Source: Patescibacteria group bacterium
GTDB taxonomy: Bacteria; Patescibacteriota; Microgenomatia; UBA8517
Assembly (NCBI GenBank): GCA_035291665.1
Contig: DATDRP010000001.1
Coordinates: forward strand, 223,127-287,126
Direction: 5' to 3'
DNA: 64,000 nucleotides
Shown: piece by piece, positions 9,802 to 19,579 of the stretch
Layout: the number at the start of each line of letters is the position of its first letter
How positions within the stretch are numbered: the stretch's first letter is position 1
Notes under the pieces: generated by a model
The model's database searches: none
Seen by the model: only the letters and a program-made list of their open reading frames with translations
Told to the model about the DNA's origin: nothing
Program-made: the position numbers and the translations under genes

Positions 9802-9917
9802 AAAATTCTCACCTCCGTCTAAGAGTCTCCAAATTTACCGGAGAACTCATGTTATATCTAAGACTAATAATCAACTAATCAATTTTAATCTCATCAACTT
9901 CAATTGGATTTGTTATT

Positions 9918-10415
9918 TTATATTTTACTACTTTTCCAAAGATGGCAAAGAGCAACGGCAAGAGCATCAGCACTGTTATCAAAATGGGTTTTTTTATGTT
10001 TTCTGCTTCTGATCTTCGGTCCGAAAATTTCACGCAGACTTTTCTGCATTTCTTTTTTATTTGACCTTCCCGAACCGCTGACAATTTTTTTAATCGTACC
10101 TGGAGCGTATTCTGCAATATCCAATTTCAGCTTGCTAGCACAGTAGATCATTACACCCAACGCCTGCCCAACGGCTATAGCTGTTTTTGCGTTTGTTGCA
10201 AAAAATATCTTCTCGATTGCCATAATGTCGGGTTTATAAGATATAATAATTTTTCGAAGCTCAGTATGGATAACGTTTAACCTCGCACCGGTAAGGCTGT
10301 TTTTATCGGTTTCAATTAATCCAAAGCCTATCACCTCAAATGAATTTTCGGACTGCGTATCGATTATTCCATAACCTGTTGTTGCGGTTCCTGGATCTAT
10401 TCCTAATACCCTCAT
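9918..10415 (-). CDS. ruvC: Holliday junction resolvase RuvC
   Basis: MRVLGIDPGTATTGYGI... with catalytic acidic residues and the C-terminal DALAVALCH motif. 165 aa. Confidence 0.9.
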   Translation of the reverse strand: MRVLGIDPGTATTGYGIIDTQSENSFEVIGFGLIETDKNSLTGARLNVIHTELRKIIISYKPDIMAIEKIFFATNAKTAIAVGQALGVMIYCASKLKLDIAEYAPGTIKKIVSGSGRSNKKEMQKSLREIFGPKIRSRKHKKTHFDNSADALAVALCHLWKSSKI

Positions 10416-10416
10416 A

Positions 10417-10737
10417 TTATCTTTTTGAAGGCCTTTTCCTGAGTACTTTTTTCTTTTCCGAAGATTCGGGAAGAATTGACATCTTTGAAAAAAATTTAAG
10501 ATATATTAACTCTAAAACTCCTAACGTGTTGAAAATCAATAGCGCGACAAACCAATATTTTTGGCTGTTTCTTGCCGATTTCCAAAGAGCGAATCCTTTC
10601 AGAACCAATGCGATTAGCGATAAAACGATAATTAGGTATTGATGACTGCTTATAAAGGCGGTCAAGGCAGTTGAAACATTGTTCATATTTTTCTCAGATA
10701 TTCTACAGTAGCTGCGTCTCTCTTTTCCTGGATCCAA
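10417..10737 (-). CDS. Small membrane protein (hypothetical)
   Basis: Two predicted transmembrane helices. The true start may be the internal Met (MNNVSTALTAF). Confidence 0.35.
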   Translation of the reverse strand: MDPGKERRSYCRISEKNMNNVSTALTAFISSHQYLIIVLSLIALVLKGFALWKSARNSQKYWFVALLIFNTLGVLELIYLKFFSKMSILPESSEKKKVLRKRPSKR

Positions 10738-11384
10738 GCCCTGTATGTTGATGTTAATTTTTCCTGAAATATCTGCAGTCTGATGTTTTCTCTTGCTGCA
10801 TTCAAATCGTCATCTTTTGTGTAAAAATCTTTGTTTTCATCAAGTTTAGCCTGTATTTCTTCATCTGTAACTACAATTTCGTTAGTTAATATTTTTTCAA
10901 GCAATTTTTGAATTTTTACATTCTCAAGTAAATCTTCATTTGTTAATCCCTGAAGTGCCAATAGCTCATCCAAAGTATTACCCTGTTTCTCAACTTCGCT
11001 TCGGAGTTTTTGTATTTCATCGTTGACTTCAGCTTCTGTTACATTGACTCCCTGTTTTTCAGCCTCCTGATAAATTATCTTTTTAGTAATTAAGTCTTCG
11101 AGGATATTTTTTCCTTCTTTCTTCTCCAATTCCCGATAAAATTCTATTTGATTTATGAATTGACCGTTTACGCGGACAACAAAGAAGCGTTTATATAAAT
11201 TAAATGTTAAAAATGTGATAAAAATCACTAAAAAAGAAAGTACTAGTATCTTGAAAAAATGTCCTTCAGAAATCTTTGCAAACCTGAATTTTGTTTTTGA
11301 AATTTTATCAGATGAAACCGATATAGGAGCGGTCTTGGTTTTCTTAACTGCTTTTTTTGTTGTCTTTCGTTTCTTAGCTGGCAT
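10683..11384 (-). CDS. Membrane-anchored SurA N-terminal-domain-like chaperone (lacks the PPIase domain)
   Basis: Lys-rich N-terminus, one transmembrane helix, then a SurA_N-like helical domain (FINQIEFYRELEKKEG...). Confidence 0.5.
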   Translation of the reverse strand: MPAKKRKTTKKAVKKTKTAPISVSSDKISKTKFRFAKISEGHFFKILVLSFLVIFITFLTFNLYKRFFVVRVNGQFINQIEFYRELEKKEGKNILEDLITKKIIYQEAEKQGVNVTEAEVNDEIQKLRSEVEKQGNTLDELLALQGLTNEDLLENVKIQKLLEKILTNEIVVTDEEIQAKLDENKDFYTKDDDLNAARENIRLQIFQEKLTSTYRAWIQEKRDAATVEYLRKI

Positions 11385-11403
11385 ATTTTTTGATTCTGAA
11401 AGT

Positions 11404-11649
11404 TTAAACTTTAAATATTATTTTTGCAAGTATAAATAAAACAATAGCCAAGAAAAATGAACTTCCGAATGGAATATATATTTTATTTGATCCTTTGATT
11501 GAATAAATATCACCGGGAAGAACAAGCGGATTTCCCGGACGCGACGCAACAAAATACATTATTCCAACAGCTATTGCCCAAAGAATAAAGAATAATTTCG
11601 GTCCTGTTATCTTCTGAATTTTTTCAGTATTCTCCATGAAGTTTTCCAT
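11404..11649 (-). CDS. Small membrane protein (hypothetical)
   Basis: 81 aa with two hydrophobic helices. Confidence 0.35.
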   Translation of the reverse strand: MENFMENTEKIQKITGPKLFFILWAIAVGIMYFVASRPGNPLVLPGDIYSIKGSNKIYIPFGSSFFLAIVLFILAKIIFKV

Positions 11650-11871
11650 ATGCTTTTAAATATAAATAAATCCGGATATGTTTACAAGGTGGAAATAGTC
11701 ACAACACAACGGGAAGTTTATTTTAATCTTTTTTGGATTTTTATATTTTTAATTCAGGAGTTAAGATTAAGAAAGATGGAAGCTTTTTCAAAACTCGGCT
11801 TAGAGCATCGTTTTGAGCGACTTCGTCGAGCTTACATTAACTTTTTTGAAACCAGTTGATAAAATTAAAAT

Positions 11872-12666
11872 ATGCAGGAAAGCCGTAATTTACGAAATGA
11901 AAATAGAATATCAAAAAGTTTTTTTAGGATATTAATAATTGCCGGATTAATTTTTGTATATGTATTTAGTAAAAACAGTAATGTAAAAATATCCGATACA
12001 TCACTTGCTCCTACACCCACGTTAATCTCCGAAGAAAATTCTGACATTATAAATATCAACGGCTATAATTTCTATCTTACAGAATTGGAATACTCGTCGG
12101 TAAAGTTAATTTATAACCTTAACTCAAAAGCTCATTCAACCGACCGGGAAGATCTTGAGGACTGCAAATATATATCCAGCACTTTTTTCTATGATAAAAA
12201 TAACCGCGCTCTCGGACTGATTAAAATCGGTAAAAATCAATTGTCTCCAGACCGAAAAAACAATGTTTTGAACGCATATATCAAAACAACAGATCAAAAT
12301 CTTTTTATTGATGATGGGAATGAGTTTACGAATAATCCAGATATTGTTTTCCAATCCGGTCCTTTGGTCAAGCTTAAGGGAGTCTATCAGAATATAAATA
12401 ATGTTTTGGATGAGAATGCCAGACGCGTTCTGATTGCAAAATCAAATGAAAAATCCTTCCTCATACTTCTGGTCGATCCAAATAATCTTTTTTCAGGACC
12501 GAAATTTTCAGAATTAAAGGATGTCTTAAAGTCTTTCGAGAAGATGGAAAATATTACGTTTGACAGTATTGCCAACCTCGACGGAGGATCAGCGTCTGTT
12601 TACAAAAATCAAGAAAATTACTTTACAGAATACTCAACAGTCGGAGGATTTTTGTGTTTTGAGTAA
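11872..12666 (+). CDS. Phosphodiester glycosidase family protein (DUF2233-like)
   Basis: N-terminal membrane anchor. The C-terminal NLDGGSAS motif is characteristic of the uncovering-enzyme-like phosphodiester glycosidase family. Confidence 0.45.
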   Translation: MQESRNLRNENRISKSFFRILIIAGLIFVYVFSKNSNVKISDTSLAPTPTLISEENSDIININGYNFYLTELEYSSVKLIYNLNSKAHSTDREDLEDCKYISSTFFYDKNNRALGLIKIGKNQLSPDRKNNVLNAYIKTTDQNLFIDDGNEFTNNPDIVFQSGPLVKLKGVYQNINNVLDENARRVLIAKSNEKSFLILLVDPNNLFSGPKFSELKDVLKSFEKMENITFDSIANLDGGSASVYKNQENYFTEYSTVGGFLCFE

Positions 12667-12673
12667 GACCCCA

Positions 12674-13021
12674 TCAATCAACGGGTATCAGCTTATAAAT
12701 CACTCTGTTGTCGGTAAATAATATTGATACGACCAAAATCCTAAACAATTCCGTTTTTACTTTTTTTTCTTTTACATACCAAAAGATACTTTTCCTGATG
12801 TGTTCGAGTTTTTTCTTGGTAACGGCTTCTTCAGGGTAACCTTTTTCAAGATTCCATCTGGCTTTCACCTCGACAAAATATAAAATACGTTTTTTATTGC
12901 AAATTATATCGATTTCCCCTGATTTACAACGATAATTTCGCTTGAGAATTTTATATCCATTTTCCACTAATATTTTTATAGCCGTATTTTCGCCAACATT
13001 CCCTCGTTTGACGCTAGTCAT
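12674..13021 (-). CDS. yraN: YraN-family (UPF0102) endonuclease
   Basis: GENTAIKILVENGYKIL...GEIDIIC...VEVK is the restriction-endonuclease-like fold signature. Confidence 0.8.
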   Translation of the reverse strand: MTSVKRGNVGENTAIKILVENGYKILKRNYRCKSGEIDIICNKKRILYFVEVKARWNLEKGYPEEAVTKKKLEHIRKSIFWYVKEKKVKTELFRILVVSILFTDNRVIYKLIPVD

Positions 13022-13098
13022 TAATAAATATTACCTTAAACTAGGAGTGGATATAATCCAATTCTGGGAAACAGTTATTTCTAATTCTTTGAATGACT

Positions 13099-13443
13099 TT
13101 ATTTTCTAAGCTTTTGTCTGGAGTAAATTTTATCAATCTCTCTTTTGGATTTCTTTCGCGTGTAGTAAAGTTTTGCACTTTTCGTTCCTTTGACCCCCTG
13201 CTTGGTAACTTCGATATCGGTAAGTGTTGGTGATTTGGTTGAAAATATTTTTTCGATACCGATATTTTGTTCGCCAACTCTACGGACACTGAATGTCCTA
13301 TTTTTTTCATCGCCTTTTATGGTCAAAACCATACCTGCGAATACCTGTTTCCTGCTCTTCCCGGATTCCATAATTCTTTGGTAAACTTTTACTTTATCGC
13401 CAACTCCTATAATTGTGTCTTTAAATGTAAATGTATTTGACAT
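13099..13443 (-). CDS. rplS: 50S ribosomal protein L19
   Basis: GDKVKVY...FAGMVLTIKG...TFSVRRVG...AKLYYTR. Confidence 0.9.
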   Translation of the reverse strand: MSNTFTFKDTIIGVGDKVKVYQRIMESGKSRKQVFAGMVLTIKGDEKNRTFSVRRVGEQNIGIEKIFSTKSPTLTDIEVTKQGVKGTKSAKLYYTRKKSKREIDKIYSRQKLRK

Positions 13444-13488
13444 ATTTTTTGAAACGAAATGTATTTTACAACAAAACAGTGTATTTAC

Positions 13489-16400
13489 TCAAGAGATACG
13501 TTCATCGCTTCCCAAGACATCGTTTATAAGGCCTGCAATCTGATTATTCCATTTTATCTTAACCGGTAGATCATATCTTTTTGAATTACCTTCAAATAAT
13601 AAACTGACATTCTGATTACCTTTTATTGAATGTAAGAATTTATTTAATTTATTAAGTGTATCGCGTGAACAACTCTTGGGGATTCGAATATAAAGCCGGT
13701 CGCCGGGATTGCCATTTGCTATCTCTTCGGTTTCCATCTTATCCACGATTATCGAATATTCATCGTCTCTTGAATCCAGTTTACCGGTTATGACAAACGG
13801 TTTATTTTCGGCCAGAACATCTTTAAATGACTCATAAACATTTGGAAATATCACAAGTCCGATATCTCCTGTTTCATCAATAGCTTTTGCAAACGCCATT
13901 TCTTTACCCGACTTTTTTGTAATAATTATCCGGATTTCGGATAACACACCCGCAATTTTAATATCAGAAACCAAATCGGGCATTTCGGTCAGTTCTTCAA
14001 CTTTATGCGTGGCGAAAGTTGAAATAGATGCTATTATTTCCTGCAGCGGTTTTGCGGACAATGAAAAGCCCAAAAGCTGCCTTTCAATGCTTTGAATTTC
14101 TTCTTCCGAAAACTCTTCGCTCGAATCCAAAATCTGCTTTGAATTTTGACTTGAACTCATTGAGTCTTCCTGATCCTGAGAGAAAAGTCCCTGCTGGTTC
14201 TTATTGCCTTCTTTCCTGGTGAGTTTTGCCCGCAGCTCTTCCATTGATGCCAGAAGCGTTGCACGATTTCCGAAGAGCTGCATAGCGCCGACCTTAATCA
14301 AACTTTCCAACACTTTTTTGTTAACTTTCCTGCCATCCACCCTAATCAATAAATCGGAAAAATTGTCGAATTTTTTCTCATTCCGGGCCAGCAGAATTGC
14401 TTCTATTGCTGCAGCTCCGACATTTTTTATTGCGTCCAAACCAAAGCGAATAGCAGAGCCGTCAAGCGACTTTGAATCCTTTTCAATAGTGAATCCAATT
14501 CCGCTTTTATTTATGTCAGGCGGAAAAACTTTTATTCCCATTTTCTTTGCTTCTCCTACAGCCATAGAGACTTTTTCCGTATCTTTGCTTTCAGCAGTAA
14601 GAAGAGCACACATATATTCAACTGGGAAGTTCGCCTTCATATAAGCCGTCTGATAAGCAACCATCCCATATGATGCAGCATGGGCTTTATTAAACCCATA
14701 AGATTGAAAAGGTTCAAAAAGTTTCCAAAGATTTTCAGCAAAATTTTTTGTCTGACCATTAGCAACAACTCCTTCAATAAATTTCTGTTTTTGTGCTGCC
14801 ATTTCTTCCGGAATCTTTTTCCCGACAGCCTTTCTGAATTTATCCGCTTCCTCCCAGGAGTATCCGGCTAAATCGAGAGCGCAGAACAATAAATCATCCT
14901 GATAAACAATAAGCCCATAAGAAGCACCCAAAAACTTCTCCATCCTTTTATCAAGGTATGTTACTAGCGAGGGATCCTTTTTCCTTCTTATGTATTCAGG
15001 GATCACAGCTATGGGACCCGGCCGGTATAAAGCTACCATTGCCATCAAATCCTCTACTCTTTCTGGTTTCAAATCGATCAGATATTTTGTCATCCCCGAG
15101 CTTGAAAGTTGGAAAACACCCATGGTTGATCCGTTACCCAGCATTATAAAAGTTTTTTCATCATCAAGAGGTATACTCTTCAAATTAATATCTATACCTC
15201 GATTTTCTTTAACGATCATTACGGCCGCTCCTAAGATTGACAAATTCCTTATTCCCAAAACATCAAATTTTATTAGTCCCACGTCTTCTGCTGCATGCAT
15301 TTCATATTGAGTGATAATTTTTTCTCCTGACGGTTCTTTTTGAACAGGTGTAAAGTTTGTTATTTCGGTAGGTGATATAACAACACCGGCAGCATGTACG
15401 GAAATATGTCTTGCATTGCCTTCAATCTGAATCGCCAAATCAAGGATCTTCTTCGCATCTGCATCAGTATCATAAACATTTTTCAGTTCATCAACAGTGG
15501 CGAGTGCTCTTGGAATTGTTATCGGAAAACCTTGTTTTGGCGGCGGAATTAATTTTGATATCCGGTCTCCCGTCTCGTAAGGGTAGCCTAAAACACGGGC
15601 AACATCCCGAACCGATTGTCGTGAAAGCATTCTTCCGAAGGTACAGATCTGGGCAACTTTATCATGGCCGTATTTCTCCGAAATATAATTTAGAAGTTCC
15701 TCCCTCCTGTCGTCAGCGATGTCCAAATCTATATCGGGTGGACTCGGCCTATAAGGATTTAAAAATCTTTCGAAAGGAAGGTAGTATTTCAGCGGATTAA
15801 CTGTTGTAATTCCGAGAATGAAAGATATTATAGATCCGGCTGCTGAGCCACGGGTATTTGTGATAATCCCTTTTGAGTCGCACCACTGAACCATGTCCAT
15901 GACAATGACAAAATATTCCGAATAGCCTTTATTGGCTATAATTTCCAATTCGTGCTCAATTCTATCTTTTACTACCTTACTAATATTCCCTAACTTGGCT
16001 TTGGCATTTTTTTCAACAAGATCCCTCAAATGTTGGTTTGCATCTTTATTCTTTGGAAGACTTATCTTCGGAAAGAACCATTTCCCCAATGTCGTGATAT
16101 TTAAGTTGCACTTTTCGGAAATCTTTATGGTATTTTGGATTGCATCGGGAAACTCGCGATAAGCATCCGCCATTTCATCCGGAGTTTTGACATAGTAATC
16201 CGGAAAGTCAATAAAGCGGAGTCTTTTGATATCATTTACAGTTTTGCCCGTAGATATGCAAACAGCGGCATCCTGTGCGGTCGCATCGCTTTTTTTTGTG
16301 TAATGAGAGTCGTTGGTGGCAACAAGAGGAATTCCCAAATCTCTGCTTAATTTTATTAAAAGAGGGTTAACCTTTTCTTTAAAATCGTTCATCTTTATAA

Positions 16401-16980
16401 GTTCTGCGCGGATTTGTTCATCTTTTGTTTTTTTGATGACTTCCGCATAATCCCGAAGCTGGAGTTCAATATAAAAATCTTCACCGAAAAGGTCAAGATA
16501 TTTTTGAGTAATTATTTTTGCTTTTTCATAACTTTCTTCAAATAGAGATGCCGGAATTTCTCCCATGCCGCAGGCACTTGTACAAATGAGGTTTTTTGAA
16601 TACTTTTTTAGAAGTTCAAAATCCATTCTTGGACGATAGTAGTAGCCTTCAAGATGTGCTATGGATGTCAATTTCATAAGATTTTTATATCCATCCTCAT
16701 TTTTCGCCAGAAGCAGAAGGTGATAATTTCGGTTGCTGGACCTATCGCGTGATTTCAAATCATTTGAAATATATCCTTCCATCCCAATAATCGGTTTGAT
16801 ATTCATTTCTTTAGCTTTTTTGAAAAACTCAATCACGCCATACATCACTCCGTGATCTGTTACTGCAATTGAATCCATACCGTTGTCTTTCGTGAAATTT
16901 AATAAATCTTTGATTCGGCTTAGACCATCCAGGAGTGAATACTCCGTATGAACATGAAGGTGTACAAATTTATCACTCAT
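13489..16980 (-). CDS. dnaE: DNA polymerase III alpha subunit
   Basis: PHP domain HLHVHTEYSLLDG, polymerase core, and an OB-fold region. 1163 aa. Its start overlaps the gatB stop. Confidence 0.95.
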   Translation of the reverse strand: MSDKFVHLHVHTEYSLLDGLSRIKDLLNFTKDNGMDSIAVTDHGVMYGVIEFFKKAKEMNIKPIIGMEGYISNDLKSRDRSSNRNYHLLLLAKNEDGYKNLMKLTSIAHLEGYYYRPRMDFELLKKYSKNLICTSACGMGEIPASLFEESYEKAKIITQKYLDLFGEDFYIELQLRDYAEVIKKTKDEQIRAELIKMNDFKEKVNPLLIKLSRDLGIPLVATNDSHYTKKSDATAQDAAVCISTGKTVNDIKRLRFIDFPDYYVKTPDEMADAYREFPDAIQNTIKISEKCNLNITTLGKWFFPKISLPKNKDANQHLRDLVEKNAKAKLGNISKVVKDRIEHELEIIANKGYSEYFVIVMDMVQWCDSKGIITNTRGSAAGSIISFILGITTVNPLKYYLPFERFLNPYRPSPPDIDLDIADDRREELLNYISEKYGHDKVAQICTFGRMLSRQSVRDVARVLGYPYETGDRISKLIPPPKQGFPITIPRALATVDELKNVYDTDADAKKILDLAIQIEGNARHISVHAAGVVISPTEITNFTPVQKEPSGEKIITQYEMHAAEDVGLIKFDVLGIRNLSILGAAVMIVKENRGIDINLKSIPLDDEKTFIMLGNGSTMGVFQLSSSGMTKYLIDLKPERVEDLMAMVALYRPGPIAVIPEYIRRKKDPSLVTYLDKRMEKFLGASYGLIVYQDDLLFCALDLAGYSWEEADKFRKAVGKKIPEEMAAQKQKFIEGVVANGQTKNFAENLWKLFEPFQSYGFNKAHAASYGMVAYQTAYMKANFPVEYMCALLTAESKDTEKVSMAVGEAKKMGIKVFPPDINKSGIGFTIEKDSKSLDGSAIRFGLDAIKNVGAAAIEAILLARNEKKFDNFSDLLIRVDGRKVNKKVLESLIKVGAMQLFGNRATLLASMEELRAKLTRKEGNKNQQGLFSQDQEDSMSSSQNSKQILDSSEEFSEEEIQSIERQLLGFSLSAKPLQEIIASISTFATHKVEELTEMPDLVSDIKIAGVLSEIRIIITKKSGKEMAFAKAIDETGDIGLVIFPNVYESFKDVLAENKPFVITGKLDSRDDEYSIIVDKMETEEIANGNPGDRLYIRIPKSCSRDTLNKLNKFLHSIKGNQNVSLLFEGNSKRYDLPVKIKWNNQIAGLINDVLGSDERIS

Positions 16981-18313
16981 GATTATTAAGCTTTGAAATT
17001 ACAAGATCAGAGATAACTTTAACATCTCCTTTGCCGTGTAGTTTTTTCTGAACCATTCCAATCAAATATCCAACTACTGCCGTCTTTCCATTATTATAGT
17101 CTGTCACCGCTTTAACTTCCTCAGCTAATACTTTTTTTACTGCAAGCTCAGTATCCTCGGCTGGTGTAAAATCTTTTTTAATTATTTCTAATAACTTCTT
17201 TATCAGCATTTCCGGTTCCGGATAATTCTTTAGCGCTTTTTTATTTACAATCATATCAGCTACAGTTTTTATTCCTACATTGTATTTTTGGGATAACTTC
17301 ACGGCTTTTTCGAAATAAGAGATTCTGTTTTTATCGGATGCAAGATAATCAGTAAAATCCTGCGAAAGTTCATAATTTTTCTTTAAGCGGGATCTTATTT
17401 GACCCGGAAGTTCGGGTAACTTCAAACTAAGCTTTCTGAGGTGTTCGTCGGTGAATGTGAGTGGAGGTAAATCAGGTTCGGGAAAATATCTGTAATCTTT
17501 TGCTTCCTCTTTACTTCTTTGCGAGTAAGTAGTTTGGGATTTTTCGTTGTAACCTCTGGTTTCCTGAAGAATCTTTTTGGAGTTTTCAAGAAGCTCCTTT
17601 TGACGTTTCAATTCATATTCGATCGCTTCAACTAAAAATTTAAACGAGTTGATATTTTTAAGCTCAATCTTATAATCCGGCAGGTCATATTTACCATCGA
17701 CTGTTTCCGCAAGCGAAATATTTGCCTCCAGCCTCATTGACCCTTTCTGCATTTCTGCATCAGAAATGCCTAGATATCTGACTATGAGCTGGACATCTTT
17801 GAGAAAGTTATTTACAGACGCTGCATCGTGGAAATCCGGTTCTGTCACCATCTCCATCAAAGGCACTCCGCTGCGATTGAAGTCTATGAGACTTGCTGCT
17901 TTACCGTTTACTTTTTCATGGACAAGTTTTGCCGTATCTTCTTCAAGATGAACTCTTCGAATACCTACTCTTCCTCCGTCAGGTGATTCCCAATAACCAT
18001 TGTATGTAAAAGGTAAATCATATTGGCTTGTCTGGAACGCCTTTGGAAGATCGGGATAAAAGTAATGCTTGCGGTCAAATTTCGAAAAAGATCTGATTTT
18101 GCATCCGAATGCAGTACCCATAAGAATTACATATTCAATTGCTTTTTCATTTGCATAAGGAAGGGCTCCGGGCAGACCCAAACACACAGGACAAGTCTGA
18201 GTATTGGGTTTTTTTGCAAAATGATCTGCACTGCATCCGCAAAACATCTTGCTTTCGGTTTTGAGTTCTACATGGACTTCTAAACCGATTATAGGTATAT
18301 AATTTTTATTCAT
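16973..18313 (-). CDS. gatB: Asp/Glu-tRNA amidotransferase subunit B
   Basis: IIGLEVHVELKTESKMFCGC... with the GatB/YqeY C-terminal domain. Confidence 0.95.
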   Translation of the reverse strand: MNKNYIPIIGLEVHVELKTESKMFCGCSADHFAKKPNTQTCPVCLGLPGALPYANEKAIEYVILMGTAFGCKIRSFSKFDRKHYFYPDLPKAFQTSQYDLPFTYNGYWESPDGGRVGIRRVHLEEDTAKLVHEKVNGKAASLIDFNRSGVPLMEMVTEPDFHDAASVNNFLKDVQLIVRYLGISDAEMQKGSMRLEANISLAETVDGKYDLPDYKIELKNINSFKFLVEAIEYELKRQKELLENSKKILQETRGYNEKSQTTYSQRSKEEAKDYRYFPEPDLPPLTFTDEHLRKLSLKLPELPGQIRSRLKKNYELSQDFTDYLASDKNRISYFEKAVKLSQKYNVGIKTVADMIVNKKALKNYPEPEMLIKKLLEIIKKDFTPAEDTELAVKKVLAEEVKAVTDYNNGKTAVVGYLIGMVQKKLHGKGDVKVISDLVISKLNNHE

Positions 18314-18317
18314 ATTT

Positions 18318-19559
18318 TTAAGAGATTAACAATTTAATATCGGACTTTTTTGAGAAATAAAAAATTGCCCAACAATAAGAGGCAATAATGATCAAAAGCA
18401 GCCTCACTCCGAATAACTCCACTAGTGCACCCGAAAAAACAATCGGCAATACCTGCGTAATTGTAATCAAAAACCACATATTGCCGAATATTCTCCCTCG
18501 CAATCCTTCCGGAGTTACTTCCTGCAAGAAAGTCTGAGTAGGAATAATAAGTGCTATAAAAAAAACTCCTACGAACATAATCATAATGAACGATACGATA
18601 ATTCTTATCATAGGAGGTAAATATCCAAGAAAAAGAGAATAGACTGTAAATAATATTCCAAGAGTCATAGAACCGATTTCGATCAGGTTTCTCTTTCTCC
18701 AGCCAATTTTCAGGAATTTCGGAAAGTATGCGGCTCCGATTACAGCTCCTATACCGGCAGGCACTACCAATAACACACCTGAAAGATTAGTATCTACCTT
18801 CAGAATATCTCGGGCTATTATCGGAACACAAACAATTACAACCGCAAAACATGCCTGTATCCCCAGCAAAAGAAAAAAGGGTATATAAATAAACTTTTTA
18901 TTTTTCAAATAACTATAGCCTTCAAAAAGAGTCTTAAAAAATTGAATAAATGAGTTTTCAAAGCTTTCTCTTCCTACATCCTTATTCTTTTCATCAGGAA
19001 TAAATAAAACCGAAATGGTTGCAAAAAACAAAAGCGATCCGCATAACATTAATGAAATATTAAAGCCAAATAAACCATTAATAATGCCTGCGACTGCGAA
19101 GCCCAAAATCAAAGACAGCTGCTGGGTTATAAAAAATAAACTATTGGCGTTCGGCAACTGGGATTTGTCGACGAGTTTTGGAACCATCGCACTTTCGGAT
19201 GGTCCATAAAATTGATTCAAAAGACTGTAAAAAAATGTAACTCCATAAAGTAAGAAAACATTATTACGGACAATAAATGAAGAAAAAGCGATTACCAGAA
19301 ACTGACCAAGATTGGTTAGGATTAAAACTTTCCTTTTGTCAACGATGTCCACCATCGCGGATGCAATCGGTCCCACTAGGATTGTCGGTAATGCATAGGA
19401 AATCCACAAAAAAGATACAGCGAGTGTTGAACCCGTGTGATTGAAAAGCCTGATGAGAATCAAAAAATTCATCATATTTATTGCCACTTGCGAGAAGATT
19501 TGCGACATCCACAAATACTTAAATTTAGTTTTTGTTAGGAGTCTTGTTATTTCTGACAT
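18318..19559 (-). CDS. MFS transporter
   Basis: About 12 transmembrane helices and an MFS-like loop motif. 413 aa. Inserted between gatA and gatB. Confidence 0.7.
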   Translation of the reverse strand: MSEITRLLTKTKFKYLWMSQIFSQVAINMMNFLILIRLFNHTGSTLAVSFLWISYALPTILVGPIASAMVDIVDKRKVLILTNLGQFLVIAFSSFIVRNNVFLLYGVTFFYSLLNQFYGPSESAMVPKLVDKSQLPNANSLFFITQQLSLILGFAVAGIINGLFGFNISLMLCGSLLFFATISVLFIPDEKNKDVGRESFENSFIQFFKTLFEGYSYLKNKKFIYIPFFLLLGIQACFAVVIVCVPIIARDILKVDTNLSGVLLVVPAGIGAVIGAAYFPKFLKIGWRKRNLIEIGSMTLGILFTVYSLFLGYLPPMIRIIVSFIMIMFVGVFFIALIIPTQTFLQEVTPEGLRGRIFGNMWFLITITQVLPIVFSGALVELFGVRLLLIIIASYCWAIFYFSKKSDIKLLIS

Positions 19560-19579
19560 GGATCTTTTTATTACTTTTA

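Noticed and set aside
9875-10146. ORFs 9875..10117 (-) and 9904..10146 (+) overlapping ruvC
   Set aside because: They are out-of-frame or antisense to a well-supported RuvC gene.
11650-11859. 69-aa plus-strand ORF in the 220-bp divergent intergenic region
   Set aside because: It has no RBS or recognisable motif. The region more likely holds two divergent promoters. Left uncalled.
13041-13310. Minus-strand 89-aa ORF overlapping rplS
   Set aside because: It is an alternative frame of the L19 gene. L19 has the conserved sequence.
14028-16350. Multiple plus-strand ORFs inside dnaE
   Set aside because: They are antisense to the 1163-aa DnaE ORF. They are spurious.
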